Below, piece by piece: positions 46,903 through 55,227 of a stretch of DNA of 58,730 nt. Made by a program: the position numbers and the translations under genes. Source of the DNA: a virus (taxonomy: Duplodnaviria; Caudoviricetes); IMG/VR virus record IMGVR_UViG_3300008110_000203, positions 1 to 58,730 of that record; one strand, written 5' to 3'. The notes below the pieces were generated by a model, which was given only the letters and a program-made list of their open reading frames with translations, was not told where the DNA came from and did no database searches. The number at the start of each line of letters is the position of its first letter. Positions within the stretch are counted from its first letter, which is position 1.

Positions 46903-47514
46903 TCAGATCACCACGCAATCACACTCACCCCTCCCATGCTGGCCCACGCAAAGGCCTACGCTTGGGCCCACCATGTCAGCACCATTCTCGTGCCCGATAT
47001 GCGGACCGTTTGTGAGAATTTCCTCGGCAAGAAGGTGCTCAAGGTGGATGGCACGTTCGGTAAGGCGTTTACCGGCATGGTAAACGATGCGGTGAGGGAC
47101 AACGTGACTAACCTCCCGCATGTCGATAAGGAGCGACCGGACGACCCGAACACTACCCGGTTTGTCCGGGCACTGCTGCGGTTCTGGAGGTCGGGTGCTG
47201 GCTGTGGTTCAATATACCTGCACGTGACAGCCACAGCCCACGCCGGCGGTGAAGGCGGTCGGTTCGACCACAATGAGTACAACATCTGCGAGACGCGGCT
47301 CGGGGCCGTTACGCATCTTACGCTCTCTGAGATTGAGTGCAATGTGTCTCCTCTTAACAACCCAGCGAGGGAGGGGCGGCTGGCCACGCCGCTGCTCGAG
47401 AAGCAGTTGGCCGACTACAACGCCGCAGTCGCGGAGTTTGAGGCGATGCGGGAGCGTGTTGATGGGCTGCGTCACGACATCAAGCACCTGCTTTTTGGCA
47501 ACAGCAAGTGGTGA
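46900..47514 (+). CDS. cassette gene, hypothetical
   Basis: MSDHHAIT... Confidence 0.8.
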   Translation: MSDHHAITLTPPMLAHAKAYAWAHHVSTILVPDMRTVCENFLGKKVLKVDGTFGKAFTGMVNDAVRDNVTNLPHVDKERPDDPNTTRFVRALLRFWRSGAGCGSIYLHVTATAHAGGEGGRFDHNEYNICETRLGAVTHLTLSEIECNVSPLNNPAREGRLATPLLEKQLADYNAAVAEFEAMRERVDGLRHDIKHLLFGNSKW

Positions 47515-47543
47515 TGCGGGTGGTGATGCGGGTGGTTTATGTG

Positions 47544-47602
47544 CCCGGCGACACGGTGTCGCCGGGTTTTTTGTTGGTGTTCCAATAAGGAAACGCGTCG
47601 TG
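47544..47602 (+). repeat. partial cassette repeat A9 (hairpin and SD part only)
   Basis: CCCGGCGACACGGTGTCGCCGGGTTTTTT...TTCCAATAAGGAA...GTG; preceded by a tandem 12-mer. Confidence 0.9.
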
Positions 47603-47911
47603 GGAAAACAAACGTTCTTTAACGTGGTCGATGAGCCACATGTTGGGGTCCGAATTGTGGTTGTCGGATACAACTCATGGGGTGCGGGCGGTACTCGAAG
47701 TGAGGCCCTGAAAAACTGGCGGAGGAACGCCCCTCAGGGCGCTCGGGTTGACAAGACCGCCACATACGTAGCCATCGACGAGCGGGTGCTCACCCGCGGC
47801 GACATGCCCGACAACAACTGGGCGGACGTAGATGACCGCAACGCCGCGTGGATCAGCATTGATGACATGGGTCGGGTAAAGATCCGCCACTGCATCGTGA
47901 TCAGGCATTGA
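47600..47911 (+). CDS. cassette gene, hypothetical
   Basis: GTG at the end of A9; NSWGAGGTRSEALKN. Confidence 0.7.
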   Translation: MGKQTFFNVVDEPHVGVRIVVVGYNSWGAGGTRSEALKNWRRNAPQGARVDKTATYVAIDERVLTRGDMPDNNWADVDDRNAAWISIDDMGRVKIRHCIVIRH

Positions 47912-47936
47912 CCGGGTTCAACTGTTTTTGTAGAAT
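47908..47936 (+). promoter_or_regulatory. sigma70-like promoter for csrA
   Basis: TTGACC-17 bp-TAGAAT, followed by hairpin GTGCCGGC/GCCGGCAC (47944-47965) and AAGGAG. Confidence 0.7.
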
Positions 47937-47988
47937 GTCCAATGTGCCGGCGTGTTTGCCGGCACGATTCTTTACGAAGGAGAATGTC

Positions 47989-48171
47989 ATGTTAGTGTTG
48001 AAGCGCAAGCGGGGCGAAAAGATCAGCATCGTGGTTAAGGTTCCGGGGTCCGACACCCCGATCACGATAACGTTGCTGACCCACCTGATAAGCAAAGGCA
48101 GCGTGTCGTTGGGCTTTGAGGCACCTCGCAAATCGGTAACGATCATTCGCAACGAGATCGCGAAGCAGTAA
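47989..48171 (+). CDS. csrA: CsrA/RsmA-family RNA-binding protein homologue
   Basis: MLVLKRKRGEKISI...ITITLL...VSLGFEAP..VTIIRNEI matches the CsrA pattern MLxLxR..GE.I.I...V.LG..AP....I.R.E. Confidence 0.85.
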   Translation: MLVLKRKRGEKISIVVKVPGSDTPITITLLTHLISKGSVSLGFEAPRKSVTIIRNEIAKQ

Positions 48172-48214
48172 ACTCGCGACGTGTTGATTCTTTCACCCAT
48201 TATGGAGAGCTATT

Positions 48215-48997
48215 ATGGCTGGCGTAGTGTTCTATGAAGGTCCCTCAGCGATCGACGGCAAGCCTATCGTTGCGATAGCGACCACCGGCACTCGCAACAA
48301 GAAGACCGGACCCTTGGTCCAGACGTGGATTCTGAGAGCGGATGTGAGCCCGGTGAATGCCATCAACACTGGTGCTGACAGTAGCGTGTGCGGTTCCTGC
48401 CCTTTGCGGGGGATCATCGCCAACAGTACCCGGGTCAAGAGGAAGAAAGTCAACCGGTTCAGGTCCTGCTATGTGCGGGTTGGTCAGGCACCGAACCAAA
48501 TCTGGAAGGCTTACCGACGCGGTGCTTACCCGACACTCGACGCCCTGTCACCGGCCATGAGGCGGGCTCTGAGGAACAGCCTGCTTCGGCGTGGGTCTTA
48601 CGGTGACCCAGTCGCCGTACCTCGGGCAGCGTGGGACGCCTTGGCGGAGTTGGTCAAACCCGGCAAGCACCCGGGTTACACGCACCAGTGGGACAGTCCG
48701 GCAGCCGCCGGCTGGCAGACGGACCTGATGGCCAGCGTGCAGACGCTGGATGAGCGGGCCCGAGCTGTCGCCGCAGGGTGGCGTACGTTCCGCATCGTCA
48801 AGAGCGTGGACGAGCTGCAGGACGGCGAGATCCTGTGTCCGGCCAGCCCTGAGGCGGGCAGCACAAAGACCTGCGAACAGTGCGGTGCGTGCAACGGTCG
48901 GCGTGACAGCCGAGACCTCCGGCACTCGGTCGCTATCCCCGGGCACGGGTCGCGGTTTGCCGTGCTGCCCAGTCTGCTGCGACTGTTCGACAATTGA
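48215..48997 (+). CDS. Cys-rich phage protein (GP88-like, putative Fe-S or metal binding)
   Basis: NKKTG, CGSCP, CYV, R.GSYGD, YTHQW, CPA...TCEQCGAC; RBS CCATTATGGAG matches the repeat A tail. Confidence 0.65.
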   Translation: MAGVVFYEGPSAIDGKPIVAIATTGTRNKKTGPLVQTWILRADVSPVNAINTGADSSVCGSCPLRGIIANSTRVKRKKVNRFRSCYVRVGQAPNQIWKAYRRGAYPTLDALSPAMRRALRNSLLRRGSYGDPVAVPRAAWDALAELVKPGKHPGYTHQWDSPAAAGWQTDLMASVQTLDERARAVAAGWRTFRIVKSVDELQDGEILCPASPEAGSTKTCEQCGACNGRRDSRDLRHSVAIPGHGSRFAVLPSLLRLFDN

Positions 48998-49010
48998 CGT
49001 GGTTTTATCT

Positions 49011-49038
49011 GGCGGGGGCGAATGCCCCCGCCTTTCTT
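49011..49038 (+). terminator. intergenic hairpin with T-rich tail
   Basis: GGCGGGGGC-GAAT-GCCCCCGCC-TTTCTT. Confidence 0.7.
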
Positions 49039-49062
49039 GTGTCCATTTCTTTGGAGATCGAT

Positions 49063-49578
49063 ATGCAAACGAGCATACTCACAATCCGCAACGAGCCCCG
49101 GCTTGGTGAGAACGTACCACGAACGTTTCGCCCCTTTGAAGGGGGACCACCTCGCGACGTCGAGGAGGTCATTATTCGTAAGGAATTTTGTTTTACCAAC
49201 CCTTCTGTGGTAGCAGAGGCAGGTGTAGAGCTGCAATTCTCTGTGGTCTTGCAGTCCCTCCGCAAAAACGGAAGGCCCGAGGTTGTACGCCCATATAGTC
49301 GGATGCATGACCCCCGCGAAATCGAGAAGGACAGGCTGGTGTTTATCCACGCAGATTACTTCTACGACTTTGTGCTGCGGTGGCTTCTTGCCTGCGAGTA
49401 TCGCCTCGCCAACGCTTCTCGGACGACGCAACCCACACTTTGTACAATCCCGTACGACACGGATATTGCCACCAAGGACCGAGAGCTGCATGACGCCGTG
49501 ATTTTCGTTCGTCGGTTCATCACCGACACGCAACGCCACATGAAAGCCCTTGGACTGGAGGTGTCGATTGGATTCTAA
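49063..49578 (+). CDS. hypothetical protein
   Basis: MQTSILT... after TGGAG. Confidence 0.7.
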   Translation: MQTSILTIRNEPRLGENVPRTFRPFEGGPPRDVEEVIIRKEFCFTNPSVVAEAGVELQFSVVLQSLRKNGRPEVVRPYSRMHDPREIEKDRLVFIHADYFYDFVLRWLLACEYRLANASRTTQPTLCTIPYDTDIATKDRELHDAVIFVRRFITDTQRHMKALGLEVSIGF

Positions 49579-49652
49579 GCGGGTCGCCGAAGCGTTTTGC
49601 GTAGCCGTATGGCTGTTCCTTGTTTTGTTTGTCATCTTTAAGTGAGGTCCTC

Positions 49653-50171
49653 ATGTCTCTGCGAACATCAGACCCCCCTGTCTACGTGCCACCGGAAGGG
49701 CCGGAGAAAGCCCCCTTCTTCGTTCAGGTCCTGCCTGTTGGGTTTTTTGCCTGGCAAGCGGCGTACGTTGTTTCCTATACGATAGATGACTATCGATTGC
49801 GACAGCTCGAATTGCGGGACAGAGGAACCCCTGCTGGGGAAGTGTATTGCCGACTTGGTGTGCCCCTCCCACCGGCAGTTAGCGAGGACTCGAAGGTCAT
49901 CGTGCGGCGTGTCGATGGGCCTCTGTCGTTGGCGGCTTTGGACCACGAAGCCGCTTACGCTTGGCTCGATCGACTCACTCGGGGCCAGTTGATTGATTGT
50001 CTGGCGGGTTGTCTCGAGCTTTTGAAGGGGTCGAAAGAGCCTCTGTCTGAGCAATTCGTGGCCAATCAGATGCACGACGTACTCCGCAGACGGGCAGAGT
50101 ACAACAAGACCGGCGTACAAACAGTCTTAAAAGACCATTCCGAATTCATCAGCGGGGGGGCCTATCAGTGA
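49653..50171 (+). CDS. hypothetical protein
   Basis: MSLRTSD... after GAGG. Confidence 0.65.
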   Translation: MSLRTSDPPVYVPPEGPEKAPFFVQVLPVGFFAWQAAYVVSYTIDDYRLRQLELRDRGTPAGEVYCRLGVPLPPAVSEDSKVIVRRVDGPLSLAALDHEAAYAWLDRLTRGQLIDCLAGCLELLKGSKEPLSEQFVANQMHDVLRRRAEYNKTGVQTVLKDHSEFISGGAYQ

Positions 50172-50365
50172 CAGAGATGAGCTTTTATGGGTTCATACTA
50201 ATGGCGGTTGTGGCGTTTGCGGTGCTCGTGTGGGGCACCCATCACGAACTTAAGACAGGAGGCGACTTCAGTGGAGTGTCTGAATTGGACCCATGCGATG
50301 GTGGCGGTGATCTCAGCAGTCGCGACCTTACTGGCGGTGGTGATTGTGACTATTTGCCTGGATAG
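50168..50365 (+). CDS. small membrane protein with an acidic/Gly tail
   Basis: N-terminal TM helix; GTGA coupling. Confidence 0.55.
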   Translation: MTEMSFYGFILMAVVAFAVLVWGTHHELKTGGDFSGVSELDPCDGGGDLSSRDLTGGGDCDYLPG

Positions 50366-50466
50366 GTGGTTGCCATGAGAGAGCATGTCATCTTGGTGTG
50401 TCTCCTGTTGCTGCTGTGGTACATCTCACCCCGTCTGCCTCCCCGCCTGCCCCCAACGAGGTTGTC

Positions 50467-50928
50467 ATGAGAAAACCTTACCCGTGTAGATGGAACTGTT
50501 TCGCCACCGGAGTTGAGAACGCTATTCCGGTGCGATGGGAGGTGCTGCTGAACCGCATCAGCCGGCAATGGTTTGTGCGGAAGGTGATGCAGTTTCCTTG
50601 GGGTGAAACGCCCGGCAAGTCTATTCCGGTCAACCCGGGCACTGGCCGGTCGTGTCACGCTGCGACCGTGAAGAGAGAGAGCCTTCAGTCGGCATACCCC
50701 TCCATGTTCGGAGGGGGGCCTCCGGTACCAGACAGCACACCAGACATCGCTCCCGTCGTAGACCCGACGTGGTGCGATGGGCGGGTCTGGGAGATGCCGG
50801 CAGTGTACGGACTTCGGCAGGCGCTCATGGCGTACTGCCGAGAACATCATATCCGGGCGACGTTTCCGTCCGGCGGCAAAGCCGCCGGCGTCACCGGCTT
50901 TTATTTTCAAGCTGTAAGGGGTGAGTGA
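50467..50928 (+). CDS. hypothetical protein
   Basis: MRKPYPCRW... after GAGG. Confidence 0.6.
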   Translation: MRKPYPCRWNCFATGVENAIPVRWEVLLNRISRQWFVRKVMQFPWGETPGKSIPVNPGTGRSCHAATVKRESLQSAYPSMFGGGPPVPDSTPDIAPVVDPTWCDGRVWEMPAVYGLRQALMAYCREHHIRATFPSGGKAAGVTGFYFQAVRGE

Positions 50929-51189
50929 ATGGGAGAACGGAACGAGGACCAATTCGACTACTCAAACGTGGTTGTGTCCGACGCCACTCGGCTGGTCAGC
51001 ATCGCGAACCAGCTCGTAAATGTGTCACGCAATGTGGTAGTCCACCACGATGGGGAGAACAAGCACCTGCGGGGCGTCGTGTTTGACACCAGCGGTGTCC
51101 GGTGTGTGCTTGGTGAGGGTGACGGAGGCTCTAACGTGGAGGCTCCTATGGTAGATTGCATGGATTTGCGGGAGGCAAAAGGTGCTTGA
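50929..51189 (+). CDS. hypothetical protein
   Basis: 86 aa; abuts the upstream stop. Confidence 0.6.
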   Translation: MGERNEDQFDYSNVVVSDATRLVSIANQLVNVSRNVVVHHDGENKHLRGVVFDTSGVRCVLGEGDGGSNVEAPMVDCMDLREAKGA

Positions 51190-51424
51190 AATTAGCTTTG
51201 AAATACAACAGACCAGCAAGGGGGCTACGCTACGGACGACGTTCCCAAGCCGAGGCGGTGGGGGTCGCACAACAACGAAGCGGTGGCGAAACACCCCCTA
51301 TAGGGATGCGGTGCATCAGGCCCTTGGTTGGTGCCACACCACCATAGCCAACCTGTTTGATCTCGCTGTTGGTGGCCCGCCAAAGGAAGTTACGTGGACA
51401 ATCCACTACAAGCCGGCTGAGTAG
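51182..51424 (+). CDS. hypothetical protein
   Basis: GTG after GGAGG. Confidence 0.6.
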   Translation: MLEISFEIQQTSKGATLRTTFPSRGGGGRTTTKRWRNTPYRDAVHQALGWCHTTIANLFDLAVGGPPKEVTWTIHYKPAE

Positions 51425-51504
51425 GTCGCGGGGGTGCTTTAAGGTAGTGCGGTACGACAACACCCGCTGCACAGTGCGGCGGGTTTCTCGAAGGAGGAAG
51501 GACA

Positions 51505-51708
51505 ATGCTACAACAGGTGCGGGTAGTGGCGACCGCTGATGGTGTGACACAAGTGCAACAGCGGGTCGGGACGTTTGAGGTTGATGCCTCTGGTGCATTC
51601 TGCGGAGTGCGATGGGCTAAGTGGGAGGCGATGCCGATAGTATTGGTGAGCGAGCTGCTGCCCGATCAGATGGTTGTCAATTCGCTGGGGTTGCAGCACA
51701 GCGGCTGA
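51505..51708 (+). CDS. C-cassette gene, hypothetical
   Basis: Strong AAGGAGG SD; lies between C1 and C2. Confidence 0.7.
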   Translation: MLQQVRVVATADGVTQVQQRVGTFEVDASGAFCGVRWAKWEAMPIVLVSELLPDQMVVNSLGLQHSG

Positions 51709-51768
51709 CACACAGCCCCGCTGCACAGTGCGGCGGGTGTGTTTTTAATCGCTTTGGGGGTCGTGACG

Positions 51769-52215
51769 ATGAAGCCGGGTGATTCTGTGAATGAGGGTGG
51801 CTATTCTGTGTGTGAGTCGTCTTTGGGTGTTGGCAGGTGGAGGATCGAACACTGTGTGGTTGGTGAGATTGTGGCTGATGCTGTGTTTGCGTATGACGTC
51901 AGCAACTTCGCCTCTAAGTTTGTGTTCGCCGAAAATGAACTGTTTGTGCGCTGCCGTGTCCTGTGTCTGAGATTCAGGATTGATGACACTGGTGAGGAAG
52001 TGGATGCCGTTTCGCGCATCAAAATGCTGAAGAATGGCGGAAGTGGAAGAGCAGACGCTGAGCTGAAGGAACTGCTGGAGTCTCTGGTGGCCGACGCCGT
52101 CCAGCGGTTCAACGCGTGCTCTGTGCCGCTGATTTGCCGGCAGGCGTGGGCGTCGCACCCGCGGAATCCGGCGAACGCTCGCCGGGTGGCCCGTGATCCG
52201 GAGACTGGGATCTGA
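51769..52215 (+). CDS. C-cassette gene, hypothetical
   Basis: MKPGDSV...; lies between C2 and C3. Confidence 0.65.
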   Translation: MKPGDSVNEGGYSVCESSLGVGRWRIEHCVVGEIVADAVFAYDVSNFASKFVFAENELFVRCRVLCLRFRIDDTGEEVDAVSRIKMLKNGGSGRADAELKELLESLVADAVQRFNACSVPLICRQAWASHPRNPANARRVARDPETGI

Positions 52216-52271
52216 GTTTCCTTGCTGCGAGTGCGGCGGGGCGTTTTGGAAAACTATCAGAGGGGTAGATA

Positions 52272-52676
52272 ATGAGTGACGCATACGCAACGACCTACCA
52301 TCGAGATCGGACCGTGACTGTGTGGGATGTGTATTCTCAGCAGTGGTTGAGAACAGGCAACCCGAGCGACCGAGTGCTTGCCAGTCTGTCAGGCAGTGAG
52401 CGGCATCGCGTGGTTCTGCACTGCTCGGGCGTACCGGTGCTGACGAATAAATTCACCACGATCGCGACGATAGCCTACAGCGGCAGCGTGAGTGTCAACC
52501 AAAACAGGGCGGCACATGGGGCGGTGTGCCACCTCCAAGCACGCAAAAAGGCTGATGGCCAGCTCGTCGGTCGTCACGTCAACAGCAACGGACGACACCG
52601 CGAGACCGGTAGAGCTTTCCCGCTCGACGTTGACACGCTGGCACAGTGGCAGCGGATGGACCACTGCTCACGCTGA
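52272..52676 (+). CDS. C-cassette gene, hypothetical
   Basis: MSDAYATTYHRD...; lies between C3 and C4. Confidence 0.75.
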   Translation: MSDAYATTYHRDRTVTVWDVYSQQWLRTGNPSDRVLASLSGSERHRVVLHCSGVPVLTNKFTTIATIAYSGSVSVNQNRAAHGAVCHLQARKKADGQLVGRHVNSNGRHRETGRAFPLDVDTLAQWQRMDHCSR

Positions 52677-52729
52677 CCGACAACACAGCCCCGCTGCGAG
52701 TGCGGCGGGGCATTTTGCGAGCAATCATT

Positions 52730-52981
52730 ATGACAACAGCAGCAATGATACCGATGAAGTGGTCAGGCAAAGACACAAACGGCAGCATCGAGCATTGTGT
52801 GTGCTGCGGGCGCAAGCTGACAGGCACGCCGGTGTACGTAGAGGTCATCGACGGCGGCGGGCAGGTCGCTGCTCCCGGCCTCGATCCAGACCAGACCGAT
52901 GCAGGGTATATGGGGTTCTTTCCGGTGGGTCGGCATTGTGCAAAGAAGCATTTTCGAGGATACACGCACGACTCGATTTGA
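52730..52981 (+). CDS. C-cassette gene, small Zn-ribbon protein
   Basis: CVCCGRKL...FPVGRHCAKK; lies between C4 and C5. Confidence 0.75.
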   Translation: MTTAAMIPMKWSGKDTNGSIEHCVCCGRKLTGTPVYVEVIDGGGQVAAPGLDPDQTDAGYMGFFPVGRHCAKKHFRGYTHDSI

Positions 52982-53041
52982 CACAACAACAACACAGCCC
53001 CGCTGCGAGTGCGGCGGGGCCTTTTGCGGGAGGGATCGACC

Positions 53042-53452
53042 ATGATTTGGTGGTGCGGGTATTTCTGCGGCGTAACGACTGCTCTGGTTGTTGCTGCGAT
53101 TGTGTTCTGGGTTGTGGACGAGAGCGTTGAGATGCAAAACTTTGACGATACACAGAGGTCGGCAGGGTGTGGTCAATCTCGAGATGAGTTTGCTGCGTTA
53201 AAGACACTGTGCGATTCATTGGCGGATGAGGTGCATCGGCTGCAGGCTGATCGTGAAAAGTTTCTAACCGAAATGGACACCCTACGCTGTCAGTTAACCG
53301 CATTCAACATCGTCTTACCTGCACCTGCGAAAGGTCCGCCGCCAAGTGGGTGGCGGGCAGTGGCGGCAGGGGATCGCTTGCAGAAAGGGGATACCTACAG
53401 TTGGGGAACACGTGGCTACATCCGCCGGATTGAGGGGCCGGGTGGCGGTTGA
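53042..53452 (+). CDS. C-cassette gene, TM plus coiled-coil protein
   Basis: MIWWCGYFCG...; GGAGG SD. Confidence 0.7.
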   Translation: MIWWCGYFCGVTTALVVAAIVFWVVDESVEMQNFDDTQRSAGCGQSRDEFAALKTLCDSLADEVHRLQADREKFLTEMDTLRCQLTAFNIVLPAPAKGPPPSGWRAVAAGDRLQKGDTYSWGTRGYIRRIEGPGGG

Positions 53453-53459
53453 GTACCCA

Positions 53460-54905
53460 CTACCCGACAGGCTGTTGCTTGCGTTTAGCCTGGGCGTACT
53501 CTCGGAGGACTTGCAGGAGACTTTCCTGCACGTCCTCTTTTTGATCTGTGCGGTCCCAGACGAGGTCGCACACGGTGCCCGTTACACGGGGTCGGTGAAT
53601 CCGCACGGTGCTTGTGACCCCCTGCCTGTAGATGCGGGCATTGAGCTGCAGGTAATCGATCAGGTTATCGGTTGGGCTGGTCCAAATGATGTCGCGGCCA
53701 GAGCCCGCCTGCATGTTCACGCCGAAGCTGAGAGCCGCGGGGTGTACCGCCAGGTACGGGGGGTCCAGCTCGTCCTTGTTCCACCGGTCTACAAGCTTGG
53801 CGACGTCCGCAGCTCGCATCCCCCCTCGAATAGCGTGCAGCTTAGGGATCCTCTTCCGCAGCATCTCCAGCTCGTACGTGTATTGGTACGCGATGAGTGC
53901 CGGCTTTCCTCCAAGCTCTTGCAAGATGCCCATTACGCTGTCCACCACGGTGGTGTGGATCGGGTGGCCGGTCTTGTTCTCGTCGTACAAAAACCCGGCG
54001 GCGATCTGTTTGCATAGCTGGTAACGTGCGCTCGCGTTTGCCGCTGCCCGTATGTTCCCCTCGTCGAGTTCAAGGAACAACTGCTGCTCCATCTCCTCAT
54101 AGGCTTTTGCCGCGTCGCCCTCAAGCTGCAAAGGGATATCGTGAGTGACAAGCTGCGGCATGCTGAGGTAGTCGTTCTTCTCCAGCCTCAGGCACAGCGG
54201 TTGTATCCGCGAGTGGAATTGAGGCAACCTGTCGCTGCGGACATGAAAGCTCTGGCCCCGGCCCGCCGAATGCTCGAAGCAGAAATGGGCCCGGAATTGT
54301 TCCACGGTAGGCCCCAGCGCCTCCCCTTGGTCGAGCATGTATAGCTGCGAGTACAGGTCGGCCAAATTCTTTGGGCTCGGGGTGCCGGTAAGGATCACTC
54401 TGCGTGGGATTTTTGCAATCAGTTTTGCCAGAGCTTTAGTGCGCCGGCTTTCCCAGTTCCGGAAGTTCGTGCTTTCGTCGATGATTATCCCGTGCCACGG
54501 CAGTCTCTTGTGCGTTGCCGTAAGTCTGGCCAACCAGTCTAAGGCGTCGTGGTTGATGATGGCGAGATTTGTAGGAAGGCTCAGGCGTTTGCGTCGAGTC
54601 TGGTCCTGCCCCATACACACTGCGTACGTCAAATGCCGGAAGTTCTGCCACTTCTGGATCTCGTTTGGCCACACGAGATGACAAACTGCCTTCGGTGCGA
54701 CCACCAGAAAGCGAGACGCTACGCCGAACAATATGCAGTCAGACATCCACTGCAGCATGCATGCGGTTTTTCCCATGCCGGGGTCCAGCAGGACGGCTGC
54801 GCCGTCTCCGGGCCGCTGGCTCCACGTCGTTCGGCTGTGTATAAAATTTAGCACAGTCTTTTGATATTCGTGCGGCGTCCACACCGGAGGAGAACAGGAT
54901 TGCAT
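53460..54905 (-). CDS. SNF2-family superfamily 2 helicase
   Basis: LDPGMGKT, IIIDES, LTGTP, FGVNMQ, QLNARIYRQG. Confidence 0.92.
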   Translation of the reverse strand: MQSCSPPVWTPHEYQKTVLNFIHSRTTWSQRPGDGAAVLLDPGMGKTACMLQWMSDCILFGVASRFLVVAPKAVCHLVWPNEIQKWQNFRHLTYAVCMGQDQTRRKRLSLPTNLAIINHDALDWLARLTATHKRLPWHGIIIDESTNFRNWESRRTKALAKLIAKIPRRVILTGTPSPKNLADLYSQLYMLDQGEALGPTVEQFRAHFCFEHSAGRGQSFHVRSDRLPQFHSRIQPLCLRLEKNDYLSMPQLVTHDIPLQLEGDAAKAYEEMEQQLFLELDEGNIRAAANASARYQLCKQIAAGFLYDENKTGHPIHTTVVDSVMGILQELGGKPALIAYQYTYELEMLRKRIPKLHAIRGGMRAADVAKLVDRWNKDELDPPYLAVHPAALSFGVNMQAGSGRDIIWTSPTDNLIDYLQLNARIYRQGVTSTVRIHRPRVTGTVCDLVWDRTDQKEDVQESLLQVLREYAQAKRKQQPVG

Positions 54906-55227
54906 GTGCCAACTCGGTAAAAATTTTTGCTGACTGCAGGGTGTCCGCCCACCCGGCTATGTACCCAGCAGACAACAGGATGTGAATCCGTTCATGCTGC
55001 AGCGGGGTCGGTTTTTTCTTTGGTCTCTTCAATTCCAGCCAAGCGACCTTACCGTCGCCAAATAAAATCTGCCTGTCCGGGTAACCTTGGTTCCCCATTG
55101 GCGTACATTTGAGGGTTTGCCACCCTCGACTTTTACACCAATCCCGGTAGGCCTTCTCGATGCTTTTCTCTAAGGGTGCCCGGGCCTTTACCCGACCTTG
55201 AAACAGGGGGTCGATGTCATTTGCCAT
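54739..55227 (-). CDS. VRR-NUC (PD-D/ExK) nuclease
   Basis: EKSIE...GYPDRQIL...WLELKRP...PTPLQ. Confidence 0.85.
   Translation of the reverse strand: MANDIDPLFQGRVKARAPLEKSIEKAYRDWCKSRGWQTLKCTPMGNQGYPDRQILFGDGKVAWLELKRPKKKPTPLQHERIHILLSAGYIAGWADTLQSAKIFTELAHAILFSSGVDAARISKDCAKFYTQPNDVEPAARRRRSRPAGPRHGKNRMHAAVDV

Larger units (their letters stand above)
51457..53028 (+). repeat. repeat family C, five intergenic copies (51457-51486, 51708-51746, 52219-52247, 52680-52719, 52989-53028)
   Basis: ACAACACAGCCCCGCTGC(GA/ACA)GTGCGGCGGGG...TTTT; C4 and C5 differ at 1 of 40 nt. Confidence 0.92.

Noticed and set aside
39993-47249. Extended N-termini given by the ORF track for cassette genes (for example MQYGPGDAVSPGF and MFPATLCRRVF)
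   Set aside because: These are translations of the repeats themselves; the true starts follow the GGAG at the repeat 3' end
39973-47602. Repeat A array as a CRISPR-like array with long spacers
   Set aside because: The intervening sequences are intact protein-coding genes of variable length, and the repeats include RBS and start codons
39973-53028. Hairpins as N4-type virion RNA polymerase promoters
   Set aside because: Those hairpins form on the template strand, where the observed G-T pairs become A-C mismatches; no RNA polymerase motifs were recognised in the large proteins
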